Assembly: GCA_027317865.1 (NCBI GenBank)
Contig: DAHVQG010000011.1
Coordinates: 1 to 64,000, forward strand
DNA length: 64,000 bases
Direction: 5' to 3'
Source: Bdellovibrionales bacterium
GTDB lineage: Bacteria; Bdellovibrionota; Bdellovibrionia; Bdellovibrionales; UBA1609
Both the position numbers and the translations under genes were made by a program. Of the stretch, positions 10,012 through 19,162 are shown piece by piece; position 1 is the first letter of the stretch, and each line of letters begins with the position of its first letter. The notes beneath the pieces were generated by a model. It was not told the DNA's origin and did not search any database. It saw only the letters and a list, made by a program, of their open reading frames with translations.

Positions 10012-10038
10012 AACGAAAAAACCAAAAGGGGTTTAGAT

Positions 10039-11286
10039 ATGAAATCTCTGCGGGTCCAAATTCTGTTATTTTTGGTCACAACAACCCTGGGAACATTCAG
10101 CTACGCGGGCGGCTGCTTCGAAGAGCACGTCACTTACGCAAAAGATCTCGCCTCGCATTACATGGCCAATCTGGTTCGTAATAAAGTCTTAGAAATTGAA
10201 AAGAAAATGAACGCCAAAGGCGAAAAGATCCATATGGTTTTTGTCGCTCGACGCGGTGAAAACATGGATGGTTTGCAGATTTATAAAGACGATCCGAACA
10301 TTCCTCTCGGGCAGTATCTTTATGAACTCTACGGTGCCTTACAAAATTATCAAGAGCACCAAATGGCAAACAATGAGCCTGCGTCACTCCCCTCATCACT
10401 GTTTGAGAAAGGTCACTTGAGATATTCCCACATGGGGATTCTTCTGAGAACCGATCACGCATATCCAGGTAAAAACCCTCCTAAAAATCACTGGGTCTAC
10501 ATTTCGCATCTGCTTGCTCACTGCAGCCGAAAAAGTAAGCGTTACGGAAGTTCCAATATTTTTACGCAGAAATTTCCACATTTTTTTTGGGATACGAAAG
10601 TCTTAAATCCTCATGACGACTCGGCATTGATCATCGTGCCGTCGCCGAAAATTCAAGCGCGATTCATTAAAATATTTGAAAATGAAAAGGTCGCCTTCGA
10701 TGCGATTCACGAGCCGAAATACAATGTTGCGGCCGTACCGTTTCGATTTCGCCGCCCAGAAAATTTGAAGAAACCCGATCCGTTCTACTTGCCTTGGCAA
10801 GTCAGCGATCAAAACTCCGATCAATGGCCGCTTGAGCTCATTGCCGCCGCTGAATTACCAGCTGACGGGCCACCCATCGTTAATCGTGTCCCCTCGCAAG
10901 AAGTTCTATGGAAGACAAATTATCGCCCCACGATCGCACGAGCCACAGGTTTTATCGATTCAATGGCTTGTACTTTACGGCGTGGTCCATTTTTGCCGTG
11001 GGGAGGTCAAAGGCATTATCTCTGGGACGCATCGAATTTAATTGATTGTTTTGACCAGGTCTTTCGCGGCGAAGACATTTACGAGCTCGTGACCGTCCGG
11101 TCCGTCATCAATTATTTGGAGCGCAATCACTTGATGGCTGATAACGTGGATAAACCTGGCACACCGGGCGTCTACGAAGTCAAAGGCAGCCCCAAGATGT
11201 TGAAGCGATTTGAAAAAGACGGCAAAACGCTCAAGTGGATGTTCAATTTAATGAAGAAACGTCGTGCCGTTAACTATTCAAATTAG
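10039..11286 (+). CDS. Secreted DUF2145-like protein
   Basis: Signal peptide; FVARRG, RYSHMG, HLLAHC, IVPSPKIQ, HEPKYN and QNSDQWPLE resemble DUF2145 blocks. Confidence 0.6.
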   Translation: MKSLRVQILLFLVTTTLGTFSYAGGCFEEHVTYAKDLASHYMANLVRNKVLEIEKKMNAKGEKIHMVFVARRGENMDGLQIYKDDPNIPLGQYLYELYGALQNYQEHQMANNEPASLPSSLFEKGHLRYSHMGILLRTDHAYPGKNPPKNHWVYISHLLAHCSRKSKRYGSSNIFTQKFPHFFWDTKVLNPHDDSALIIVPSPKIQARFIKIFENEKVAFDAIHEPKYNVAAVPFRFRRPENLKKPDPFYLPWQVSDQNSDQWPLELIAAAELPADGPPIVNRVPSQEVLWKTNYRPTIARATGFIDSMACTLRRGPFLPWGGQRHYLWDASNLIDCFDQVFRGEDIYELVTVRSVINYLERNHLMADNVDKPGTPGVYEVKGSPKMLKRFEKDGKTLKWMFNLMKKRRAVNYSN

Positions 11287-12137
11287 TTTCTGAAGAATTG
11301 ATTCAACTCTTGCCAGACCGCCGGCGCACCAAAAATGTTGTTGTGACCGCGGCCTGGCACTTTGTAAAACGTGACCGACGGCGACGCCGTAAAATCAGCT
11401 TTAAGTTCTAAACCAAATTTAATCGGGATGGTGTTGTCGGCTGTCCCGTGCTGCATCATGACCGGGATGTGAATCGTCGGCGCAACCGCCGCTGAGTTGT
11501 AATTGTTGTTGTTTACCCAAGACGCGGGCAAATCGGACGCCAGGCTTGTGACGCTTTCTGCAACAGCCAAGAAATTTGTCCACGCGCTTGTAAGCGCAAG
11601 TTTTGAAACTAAATTTTGTTCTTGTCCGGTCGCAAGCGTCGCCACACCCGTGCCAAGAGAACGTCCCCAAACTATAATTTCGTTATTCGGATAGGTTTGT
11701 TTTGCCCACTCGATGGCTTTATCAGCTGCTGTAACTAAAGTATATTGGTTGGGTGCGCCCGTGCTTAAACCGTACGACGGATAGTCGATCACGATGAAGT
11801 TTGCGCCAAATTCTTCCATAACGGTTAGAAAGTTCGAAACCCACAACGCTTGCAAGTTTTCGCCGTTGCCGTGACAGTAAACGATCGTCCGGTTTGAGCC
11901 CCCGGGTTGCTGGTAAGCCCAGGCGTCGATGTGTACGGGTTTTCCGCTTTGATCATTGAAATTAAAAGTGACTTCAGTGAATCCCTTTGGTGGAGTACTT
12001 GGAACTTTAAACTGGCTATTTACTTGTTGATAGGGATAAAGAATTTGCTCCGCGAGGGTCTGTAGACTTCCACCACAACCCGTTAGAAAGAAGAGTGCAA
12101 CCAATCCCACCGATACGCTGAACAAAATCTTTTTCAT
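11283..12137 (-). CDS. Alpha/beta hydrolase lipoprotein
   Basis: Lipobox FLTGC; YCHGNGEN, nucleophile WGRSLG, HGTADNTIP, GRGHN. Confidence 0.88.
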   Translation of the reverse strand: MKKILFSVSVGLVALFFLTGCGGSLQTLAEQILYPYQQVNSQFKVPSTPPKGFTEVTFNFNDQSGKPVHIDAWAYQQPGGSNRTIVYCHGNGENLQALWVSNFLTVMEEFGANFIVIDYPSYGLSTGAPNQYTLVTAADKAIEWAKQTYPNNEIIVWGRSLGTGVATLATGQEQNLVSKLALTSAWTNFLAVAESVTSLASDLPASWVNNNNYNSAAVAPTIHIPVMMQHGTADNTIPIKFGLELKADFTASPSVTFYKVPGRGHNNIFGAPAVWQELNQFFRN

Positions 12138-12201
12138 GACCCCGCCTTTCAATGTCTCTCAGCAGGTTCATCGACTGTTTAAAAATGAAACTTAAGGGGT
12201 A

Positions 12202-13050
12202 CTATACGGACTGGCCCATGCAAACCGGCCCTTTGTTTGGCAAGCCGGCAAATGAAAACGCAGGCGGATACAGTACGATGACCGTACTGCCCATATGAAA
12301 AACGCCGAGTTCTTCGCCTTTGGCAACATGAACGGTGCGCCCAATTTCAGCGCGCGGATAAATAAAATCGCGTATTTTACCGCGGGCATTTCGCGCCCAA
12401 ATACGCCCGCAATTCGTCGCAATCGACGAGTCGAAACTTACCGTCATCTTCCCCACGTTAGTCGCACCGACCATGATTAAAAGAACAACTCCTAAAGGAG
12501 TGCTCAAGTGAAAAACCAAACGCTCGTTTACCGCAAACAACTGAGGGACCCATTGCACGCTCGCTTCATTTACCGGCCATAGCGTGCCTGGTACATGCGT
12601 CACTTTTGCTACAATCGCATCAATTGGAGCATGAACGCGGTGATAGTCGGTCGGGCAAAGATAGTAAGTTAATGCCAAACCGCCAAAATAATTTTTCGAA
12701 GCATCAACAGAATCGGGCAGCCCGATCAATTCGGCCAACGAATACTGAAGCCCTTTCGCTTGAAGTAGCAAATCGGATTTGATTTCCTGTACTCCGGTCA
12801 GTTTGCCGTCGCAAGGGTGCACCACTCCTTCACCGATTGGCCGCAATCCGGGCTTCAACCGGCGCGTAAATAGTGCCGCGATATTCGGGTACTCGCCCAA
12901 CGGTTTTTCCGCTTCGTCTAAATTTATTCTGTAATATCTTGCAAACGTGTCGCGCGCCCATTGCGCCACCGCTTCAGGGTGCTCCAATTCCATGATCCGG
13001 CCGACCGCGCGGCTTAATAAATTCTTGGGTAAAAATTTGAGATACTTCAT
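12202..13050 (-). CDS. psd: Phosphatidylserine decarboxylase proenzyme
   Basis: FTRRLKPGLRPI, YLCPTDYHRVHAP, VGATNVG, self-cleavage motif FHMGSTVI. Confidence 0.93.
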   Translation of the reverse strand: MKYLKFLPKNLLSRAVGRIMELEHPEAVAQWARDTFARYYRINLDEAEKPLGEYPNIAALFTRRLKPGLRPIGEGVVHPCDGKLTGVQEIKSDLLLQAKGLQYSLAELIGLPDSVDASKNYFGGLALTYYLCPTDYHRVHAPIDAIVAKVTHVPGTLWPVNEASVQWVPQLFAVNERLVFHLSTPLGVVLLIMVGATNVGKMTVSFDSSIATNCGRIWARNARGKIRDFIYPRAEIGRTVHVAKGEELGVFHMGSTVIVLYPPAFSFAGLPNKGPVCMGQSV

Positions 13051-13057
13051 TTCGCGT

Positions 13058-14017
13058 TCATTCTACTACGGCGGCTTTTTGAGTACCACCAAAAGCGCGG
13101 CGCACGAGCGCCTTCACATTCGGTATAAAAAGTAAATATGGAGTGGTCATCACAAGAAAGAAATACCAGAGGCCAATGAACACCGCTGTACCAAGATGAA
13201 ATAAAAATCCGGCAATAAGCCAAGGGTAACGCAATCGGCGACTCCAAACGGCGAAAATAAAATAGACCTCAAAAACTACCGTGGCCATAGTGAAAATGGC
13301 GATGGCAACCGGATAGTGCTTCATAAAACCAAGATCGTGAGGGACAATACTTTTCATCCCGATGACATACCAAATCGCCGAACCCGCCCACCACGTATGA
13401 CCTTTTAATTTCTCAAAGCCCGTATACGCGTAAGCGAGGCATAATTGAATTTGCAAAAGTCTTATCCCCATCGAAGAAACAAGGTCGCTGCCGCCTTTAT
13501 TCAATCGCGCCAAACGATAAGCCTTAAATCGCGGTATTAAATTCCAAATCGAAAAGTAACGATTGTGATCAATAAAGCACAAATAAAATAACCAAAAATT
13601 GGCGAACAAATCGGCGCCGTAGACTATCGAAAAATTGCGTTGATTGAGCCCAAGATTAACGACAAAAAGAAGCCAAGTCAGAGACCGGCCAAATGCTCCA
13701 ACGGTAAAAAGCCCAATGAGCACGAGCTGCGCGACAATTTGCAATCGCATCCCCGAATCCGTTTTAAGAAAAAACGGGATAACCGGCCGAACTCCTGCCG
13801 GGAATATTCTCAAAGCTTCACTCACCGGCACAATGCCATGGTTCATGAAAAATAATCCGGCGGCTTGATCGCGCTGCAGATACATAAAGAAAATAACGAT
13901 CCCAAATAAGCAACGAAAAAGCGAAACGTTATAGAGGTCAATGGGAGCAAAAAAGAAACGATCCCACGCGGAGACGGCCCGGTCAAAATACGATTTAACC
14001 GTCGGCATGCACCACAT
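13058..14017 (-). CDS. HTTM-domain membrane protein (SdpB / vitamin K-dependent carboxylase-like)
   Basis: Multi-TM; RNFSIVYGAD, RLLQIQLCLAYAYTGFEKLKGHTWWAG, GFLFHLGTAVFIGL. Start may be 14008. Confidence 0.8.
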   Translation of the reverse strand: MWCMPTVKSYFDRAVSAWDRFFFAPIDLYNVSLFRCLFGIVIFFMYLQRDQAAGLFFMNHGIVPVSEALRIFPAGVRPVIPFFLKTDSGMRLQIVAQLVLIGLFTVGAFGRSLTWLLFVVNLGLNQRNFSIVYGADLFANFWLFYLCFIDHNRYFSIWNLIPRFKAYRLARLNKGGSDLVSSMGIRLLQIQLCLAYAYTGFEKLKGHTWWAGSAIWYVIGMKSIVPHDLGFMKHYPVAIAIFTMATVVFEVYFIFAVWSRRLRYPWLIAGFLFHLGTAVFIGLWYFFLVMTTPYLLFIPNVKALVRRAFGGTQKAAVVE

Positions 14018-14603
14018 CCAATTGATTTAAGGCGCTAACGCTTCGGACATCGTCTTTGTTTCGCGTGCCGATGTTTCGAATATCGTCGCAGTGAATATCC
14101 ATCACAAATTGGCGGATCACCTTCCCCATGGCCCACGCCTTTTGGGTGCGTAAGATGTCGGCAGCTTCAATATTCGGAAAAACGCGGCCACGCAAATAAA
14201 CAGCAATAATATCCGCAGTCGGATATTTCATGCAAAGATAATGGCCGATGGTGTGCGGTGCCTTTTGCCACATCACCAAATACATTCCGCTCATCAGTTT
14301 ACGGTTATAAACATCACGGTTGGGTTCTTGACGCATTTTCTTCGGAAAGCGCCCACGCGCCGTCAAATGAAGCAAACCGAAACGATCACGCGAAAAAACG
14401 TCATACTCGAACAAACGTATACGTGGATCAGGCGAAAAAAACTGCCACACGGTATTCAAACCAAAGAGATTGCCGTACCACACGACCGAACTGTAGAGCC
14501 GCTGATACAAGAGACTTTCGGGATTAGGCAGTACAAAGGCGCAGAAGATTTGCCAGACGATAAATATCGATAGAAAAATCTTAGCTATTCGCTTGGCGGA
14601 CAT
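13995..14603 (-). CDS. Single-TM partner of the HTTM protein (SdpA/DUF5819-like)
   Basis: N-terminal TM and GLNTVWQFFSPDP motif; overlaps both neighbouring genes. Confidence 0.6.
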   Translation of the reverse strand: MSAKRIAKIFLSIFIVWQIFCAFVLPNPESLLYQRLYSSVVWYGNLFGLNTVWQFFSPDPRIRLFEYDVFSRDRFGLLHLTARGRFPKKMRQEPNRDVYNRKLMSGMYLVMWQKAPHTIGHYLCMKYPTADIIAVYLRGRVFPNIEAADILRTQKAWAMGKVIRQFVMDIHCDDIRNIGTRNKDDVRSVSALNQLDVVHADG

Positions 14604-15583
14604 TCGCTCGAAACTTCGGCACGCTCGTTGTCATATCGCTCAAGCCATCGCTGCTCTTTTTCTTCAACCGGCTCACCGATGGTCAACCGCTCACGAATTT
14701 CTTGGGCGCGATCGGCGTCCCGTTTTTCGCGTGCGCGACGCTTTTCTGCTTCGAAAAATTCGGTCGTCGTATCGATCGTTTTGAGTTCTGAAGAAATGTC
14801 GATGAGTTCTTCTTCATTTTCAGAATAACTCTTGGCTGCGACTTCGGTTGAAAGCTCACCCGTAATATCTGAAAGCTGCGGTGCCTTTTCGGCGCCTTCA
14901 GTTCCATCGCCAATACCTTCGGGAATCAACTGATCAATCTCATGGAGGGTTGGCAATTCTTGAATATTGCGCAAACCAAAAACCTCGAGAAATTTCCGGG
15001 TGGTTTCATAATACATTGGCCGCCCCGGCAAATCACTTTTTTCACCAAACTGAATGAGCGAGCGATCAAGCAAGGCCCGCATCAAATGACCCGATTCAAC
15101 GCCGCGAATCTCATCAACCATAGCTTTAGTGCAGGGCTGCTTGTAGGCGACAATTGACAGTACTTCAAGCGCCGGACCGGACAACCGAAACGGCCGAATT
15201 TTGAGCATCCGTTGCAAGTATTTTTGCATTTCAGGCTTTGTTCGAAGCTGATAGCTCCCGGCCACTTCTTCGATTTGCACCGCCCGTTTCGGATGAGAAT
15301 ATTCGAGTTGCAATCGCTCAATCGCGGCACGAATGTCCGCCGCCCGAACATCAGTGCCTTGAAACGCCGACTTCAAAATAGCGACCGACTGTGGCTTATC
15401 CGTCGCGAATAACAACCCTTCAACTATCGCATCGATTTGCGATTCACTTAAAGTTTCAATTTCATCGATTTCAGCGGCATCAAATTGCGCCAATTCTGAA
15501 TTTAATTCTGAATTTAATTCGGAATTCAATTCGGAATTCGAATCGTTATTTTCTGAATCTATTTCTGTATTTTCGACGTCCAA
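14585..15583 (-). CDS. scpB: SMC-Scp complex subunit ScpB with acidic extensions
   Basis: VEGLLFA, VAGSYQLRT, LSGPALEVLSIVAYKQP, PGRPMYYETT, FLEVFGL. Likely TTG start at 15583 after GGAGG. Confidence 0.92.
   Translation of the reverse strand: MDVENTEIDSENNDSNSELNSELNSELNSELAQFDAAEIDEIETLSESQIDAIVEGLLFATDKPQSVAILKSAFQGTDVRAADIRAAIERLQLEYSHPKRAVQIEEVAGSYQLRTKPEMQKYLQRMLKIRPFRLSGPALEVLSIVAYKQPCTKAMVDEIRGVESGHLMRALLDRSLIQFGEKSDLPGRPMYYETTRKFLEVFGLRNIQELPTLHEIDQLIPEGIGDGTEGAEKAPQLSDITGELSTEVAAKSYSENEEELIDISSELKTIDTTTEFFEAEKRRAREKRDADRAQEIRERLTIGEPVEEKEQRWLERYDNERAEVSSECPPSE
15490..15539 (-). repeat. 12-bp coding tandem repeat (NSEL)x4 in the ScpB N-terminus
   Basis: AATTC(C/A)GAATT(G/A) repeated four times on the minus strand. 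Confidence 0.85.
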
Positions 15584-15584
15584 T

Positions 15585-16490
15585 TTAAACGCCTCCGGTT
15601 TCTGCCAATGCTTCGTCGATTTCTGCATCGGTTGCGGCCACCACCGTTTGCTGGTCGTCACGTGCAGTTTCTTCTTCAGTTAACCAAATATTATTATTTT
15701 TTGTTTCGTCTGTTGGAGATTCGTATGACTCCATTTGCGATATCGCGACCGTATCAATCGCGGCTTTCGTTTCAATGTGTACATCCGCAAAATTTTCACT
15801 TTGAAACAATTGAACAAAACCCATCTTAGCTAATTCAAGTAAAGATAAAAATGTAATGAGCAGTTGGTCGCGTGAACCGTCGGCAGGGCCTTGATCAAGT
15901 AATGCTGAAAGCGTGATCGATTGACCGATACGAAGGCGGCCAGCAAGCTCATGCACGCGGTCGGCAATCGACTGCAGACTCGCTCCCACGCGATGAATGG
16001 CTTTGGTCATTTTTTTAATCGTCGCCCGGTAAACGGCAATTAATGAATATAGCGCGTTGTCCGATTCGAGAGTGATCGCTTCGTCTTGCACCGACTCACT
16101 CTCTAATTTTTCACGATAGCCGCGCCCCCAAACATCACGACCCAATAACGAACGAGAGTAAATATTGCGCCCGGCGTCTTGATAGACTTGATATTCCATT
16201 AGCCGTCGTACTAAATCGCGGCGCGGATCTTCTTCTTCGATGACTTCGCCGTCATCATTATACTGCGGTAAAAGCATTTTGGATTTGATTTGAATCAACG
16301 TCGCGGCCATGGCAACAAAATCGCCGGCCACTTCGAGATCCATTTTTTTCATCGTTTTAACGGAATCGAGGTACTGCCGCGTAATTTCGTGAATATTAAT
16401 GTCAAAAATATCCATCTCTTCTTGACGGATCAAATGCAGCAGCAGCGCAAGCGGCCCCGAAAAACGATCAATATGTACTACAACACCCAT
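15585..16490 (-). CDS. scpA: Segregation and condensation protein A
   Basis: FSGPLALLLHLI, AGDFVAMAATLIQIKSKMLLP, TFLSLLELAK. Confidence 0.94.
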   Translation of the reverse strand: MGVVVHIDRFSGPLALLLHLIRQEEMDIFDINIHEITRQYLDSVKTMKKMDLEVAGDFVAMAATLIQIKSKMLLPQYNDDGEVIEEEDPRRDLVRRLMEYQVYQDAGRNIYSRSLLGRDVWGRGYREKLESESVQDEAITLESDNALYSLIAVYRATIKKMTKAIHRVGASLQSIADRVHELAGRLRIGQSITLSALLDQGPADGSRDQLLITFLSLLELAKMGFVQLFQSENFADVHIETKAAIDTVAISQMESYESPTDETKNNNIWLTEEETARDDQQTVVAATDAEIDEALAETGGV

Positions 16491-16534
16491 ACGGTAAGAT
16501 TAAACCTAGGTCCTGAATCGAGATCAATTGCGAA

Positions 16535-17233
16535 TCAAAGTATCGGTAATAAAATTGCCGAAATGACGCGAAACATCGCGGTTGTAATCCAATCGATGGG
16601 GACAGCCAAGATTTGAAAGCCGCCGGCAATAAAAAATACGATCAAAATGATTTGCAACATGGTTTGGTTGTCGTCTAGAAAGCGGCTCCAACTGTACGGT
16701 ATAAAGCGCTCCAAAATCTTAGCGCCGTCGAGCGGGTAAAGCGGAATCAAATTAAAAACTGCAAGCAATATATTAATCAGTACAAAACTCTGGAGCATGG
16801 TTTGTACAGATCCGCGCACACTTGGGTCTTGAATAGCAAAACCCGCAATGATGTAGAGCGCGATCGAAATCGCCCCAAGAATAAAATTTGATAGAGGTCC
16901 CGCCAGCGCGATCCAAAACATGTCTTCTTTTGGATGGCGCAAATTACGCGAATTGACCGGTACGGGTTTAGCCCAACCGAAAATAAAACCAGCGCCGCCA
17001 TTGAGCCCGCCGATTCCGGCCAATATTCCCGCGATTGGTAAAACAAATGTGCCGATCAAATCCGCGTGGGCAAACGGATTGAGCGTCAGCCGCCCCATTA
17101 GCGTCGCCGTATTGTCACCCTTGCGTTTTGCTACATAGGCATGTGCATATTCGTGAAAGCAAAGTGCGAATAAAAAAGGAACGTACTCGACACCAATCTT
17201 TGCGACTATTTCTAGCCAGTTGATATTCCCCAT
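16535..17233 (-). CDS. Site-2 protease (peptidase M50)
   Basis: HEYAH, GRLTLNP, GWAKPVPVN, AGPLSN, FNLIPLYPLDG. Confidence 0.93.
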   Translation of the reverse strand: MGNINWLEIVAKIGVEYVPFLFALCFHEYAHAYVAKRKGDNTATLMGRLTLNPFAHADLIGTFVLPIAGILAGIGGLNGGAGFIFGWAKPVPVNSRNLRHPKEDMFWIALAGPLSNFILGAISIALYIIAGFAIQDPSVRGSVQTMLQSFVLINILLAVFNLIPLYPLDGAKILERFIPYSWSRFLDDNQTMLQIILIVFFIAGGFQILAVPIDWITTAMFRVISAILLPIL

Positions 17234-17239
17234 CCACGA

Positions 17240-17268
17240 ATTTTATTCCGTCTCGGGATAAACGGCAA
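17240..17268 (-). promoter_or_regulatory. Putative sigma70 promoter giving a leaderless M50-scpAB transcript
   Basis: TTGCCG-N17-TAAAAT, then 6 nt, then the ATG at 17233; no clear SD. Confidence 0.55.
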
Positions 17269-17273
17269 GAAGT

Positions 17274-17717
17274 CTACAGTGGCTGCGGAGGGATATCTGT
17301 TTGGCAGGCGTCAATAAAATGAAAATTTGCAAGTACAGGGCCCACCCCTTGGCCATCTTCAAGAATATATCGCACAGTTAGTATGTACCCACCCATGCCG
17401 TCGGCATACAAGCCGAAATTTCGATTGGTAATATGGCCACTTGCTCGATTATCCATCGGCACAACTAAATCACCTTGAGTGTTGAGGTCGTACTCCGTAA
17501 TAAAACCCCGATCGATAAATTCTTCGATCAATCGCCTGTTATGAATAACTAATTTAAGTTCACCCGAGCCCGTACTGTTGATCATGACGGTTCCGCCGGG
17601 TTCGTGCGAACCGCAAACAACAAGAGACTTTGCAACGGCAGGTTGAACAAACAGAACCGCTATTAGAATTGCGTATTTTAATAATTCGTGGTGACTCATT
17701 GATCGAATGCTTTTCAT
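17274..17717 (-). CDS. Hypothetical secreted protein
   Basis: RBS GGGAGG; hydrophobic signal segment ending AVA. Confidence 0.6.
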   Translation of the reverse strand: MKSIRSMSHHELLKYAILIAVLFVQPAVAKSLVVCGSHEPGGTVMINSTGSGELKLVIHNRRLIEEFIDRGFITEYDLNTQGDLVVPMDNRASGHITNRNFGLYADGMGGYILTVRYILEDGQGVGPVLANFHFIDACQTDIPPQPL

Positions 17718-17989
17718 CGCAGCCCCTCCCACCTACTCGGTTAATGTTGGAACGGTAATTAGCATTAAATTTTATTGATGGCACCTTCATCGACAGAAAT
17801 TTGTGCGCCAATAACTTTTTTGCAGCGTACGTGGAGCATCGCCACGCGCATTTTGCGTTATGGTTTGCAAGTCCATTTTTTCTACCGCGATTTTTTTATG
17901 GAATAATTTGATTTTTCTTATACGGGCTTTTAGTTGCGCTACAGAAACGCCTTGCGAAACTGAAACTTTAAAGCAAAATCGAATGATAT

Positions 17990-18700
17990 ATGCTTTACGT
18001 TGTAGCGACGCCCATCGGTAACTGGAACGACATCACTGACCGTGCTCGGCAAATTTTGAAGGAATGTGACATCGTGATTGGCGAAGAACATCGAGTCACT
18101 TCGACGCTTCTAAAAAAAATCGGAGTCCGCGCAACTGACCCTGCGACCAAAGAAAAACCGATCTATTTATTGAATGAACACAGCAAGCCCCGTGACATTC
18201 AGGAGCTTTGCGATTTGTGCGCGGCCAATAAAGTTGCGCTTGTTTCCGATTGCGGCACTCCCGGTTTTGCTGATCCCGGGCCAGCGCTAATAAAACTTTG
18301 TCGAGCACGAAAAATTCCCGTAACGGCTTTACCCGGAGCATCCGCACTCACGACACTACTCAGCCTGACCTCTGAACCCATCCAATCGTTTGTTTTCTTC
18401 GGTTTTTTACCGCGCGAAAGCGAGCGTCGAACGCAAGCCGTACATGAATTAACAGTTGAAAGACGCGCCTGGATTATAATGGAGACGCCATATCGTTATC
18501 TTGCCGTGCTTGAACAGTTAGCTCAGCAACTCCCGCAAGAGCGGGCGATTCTCGCGCTCAATTTGACGCAAGAAAGCGAACTCGTGATAGAAGGTTCATT
18601 CACGCACATTTTTAATGAAATCAGTAAAACCGGAATTGAAAAAGCGGAATTTATTTTATTGAAATACCCGCGAAGCGCGGTTGAAAAAAAACAAAAATAG
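17990..18700 (+). CDS. rsmI: 16S rRNA C1402 2'-O-methyltransferase RsmI-like
   Basis: MLYVVATPIGN, ALVSDCGTPGFADPG, LPGASA, FFGFLPR. Confidence 0.88.
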   Translation: MLYVVATPIGNWNDITDRARQILKECDIVIGEEHRVTSTLLKKIGVRATDPATKEKPIYLLNEHSKPRDIQELCDLCAANKVALVSDCGTPGFADPGPALIKLCRARKIPVTALPGASALTTLLSLTSEPIQSFVFFGFLPRESERRTQAVHELTVERRAWIIMETPYRYLAVLEQLAQQLPQERAILALNLTQESELVIEGSFTHIFNEISKTGIEKAEFILLKYPRSAVEKKQK

Positions 18701-18717
18701 ATAGTTTGAAATTTAGT

Positions 18718-18765
18718 ATCACGCTGCGGAGCTGACGGGCTTTCCGTTGGCTTCCACAGCGCGAT
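18718..18765. terminator. Long imperfect hairpin between convergent genes (possible bidirectional terminator)
   Basis: TCACGCTGCGGAGCTGACGG pairs with CCGTTGGCTTCCACAGCGCGA; no clear U-tract. Confidence 0.5.
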
Positions 18766-18787
18766 CAACAGCTAAATATTATTTAAA

Positions 18788-19000
18788 TTATTTAGCCGCT
18801 TCTTTTTTTGCGGTTTTATGCCATTTTGCGCGCTTATGCCATTTATGGCGTTTTGCCACATATGCATGGTGGTGGACGTAGTTATGGCGCATTGCCATTT
18901 TATGGGCTGTGGCTTTGTGGACTGCAGGTGTTCCTTTAACTGGTGCCGCGTTTACAACAGCAGCAAACATCAAGGCTGCGAGTAAGCTCAAGACTTTCAT
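18788..19000 (-). CDS. Small secreted His/Lys/Ala-rich protein (Asr-like composition)
   Basis: Strong RBS AAGGAG, signal peptide, basic low-complexity mature region. Confidence 0.8.
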   Translation of the reverse strand: MKVLSLLAALMFAAVVNAAPVKGTPAVHKATAHKMAMRHNYVHHHAYVAKRHKWHKRAKWHKTAKKEAAK

Positions 19001-19162
19001 TTGGGTTTCTCCTTTTTTGTTCAGCTAGGGACCACCCCTAGGCTTTCGTCGAAGCTATATGACGCAATTATCACTTATGATGCAACTGTTGGTTGTGCGC
19101 CGCACTAATAATGCTCAATTTTTAAGCAAAATAGCTCACGTTTTATGCGTTTTCCCGACAAT

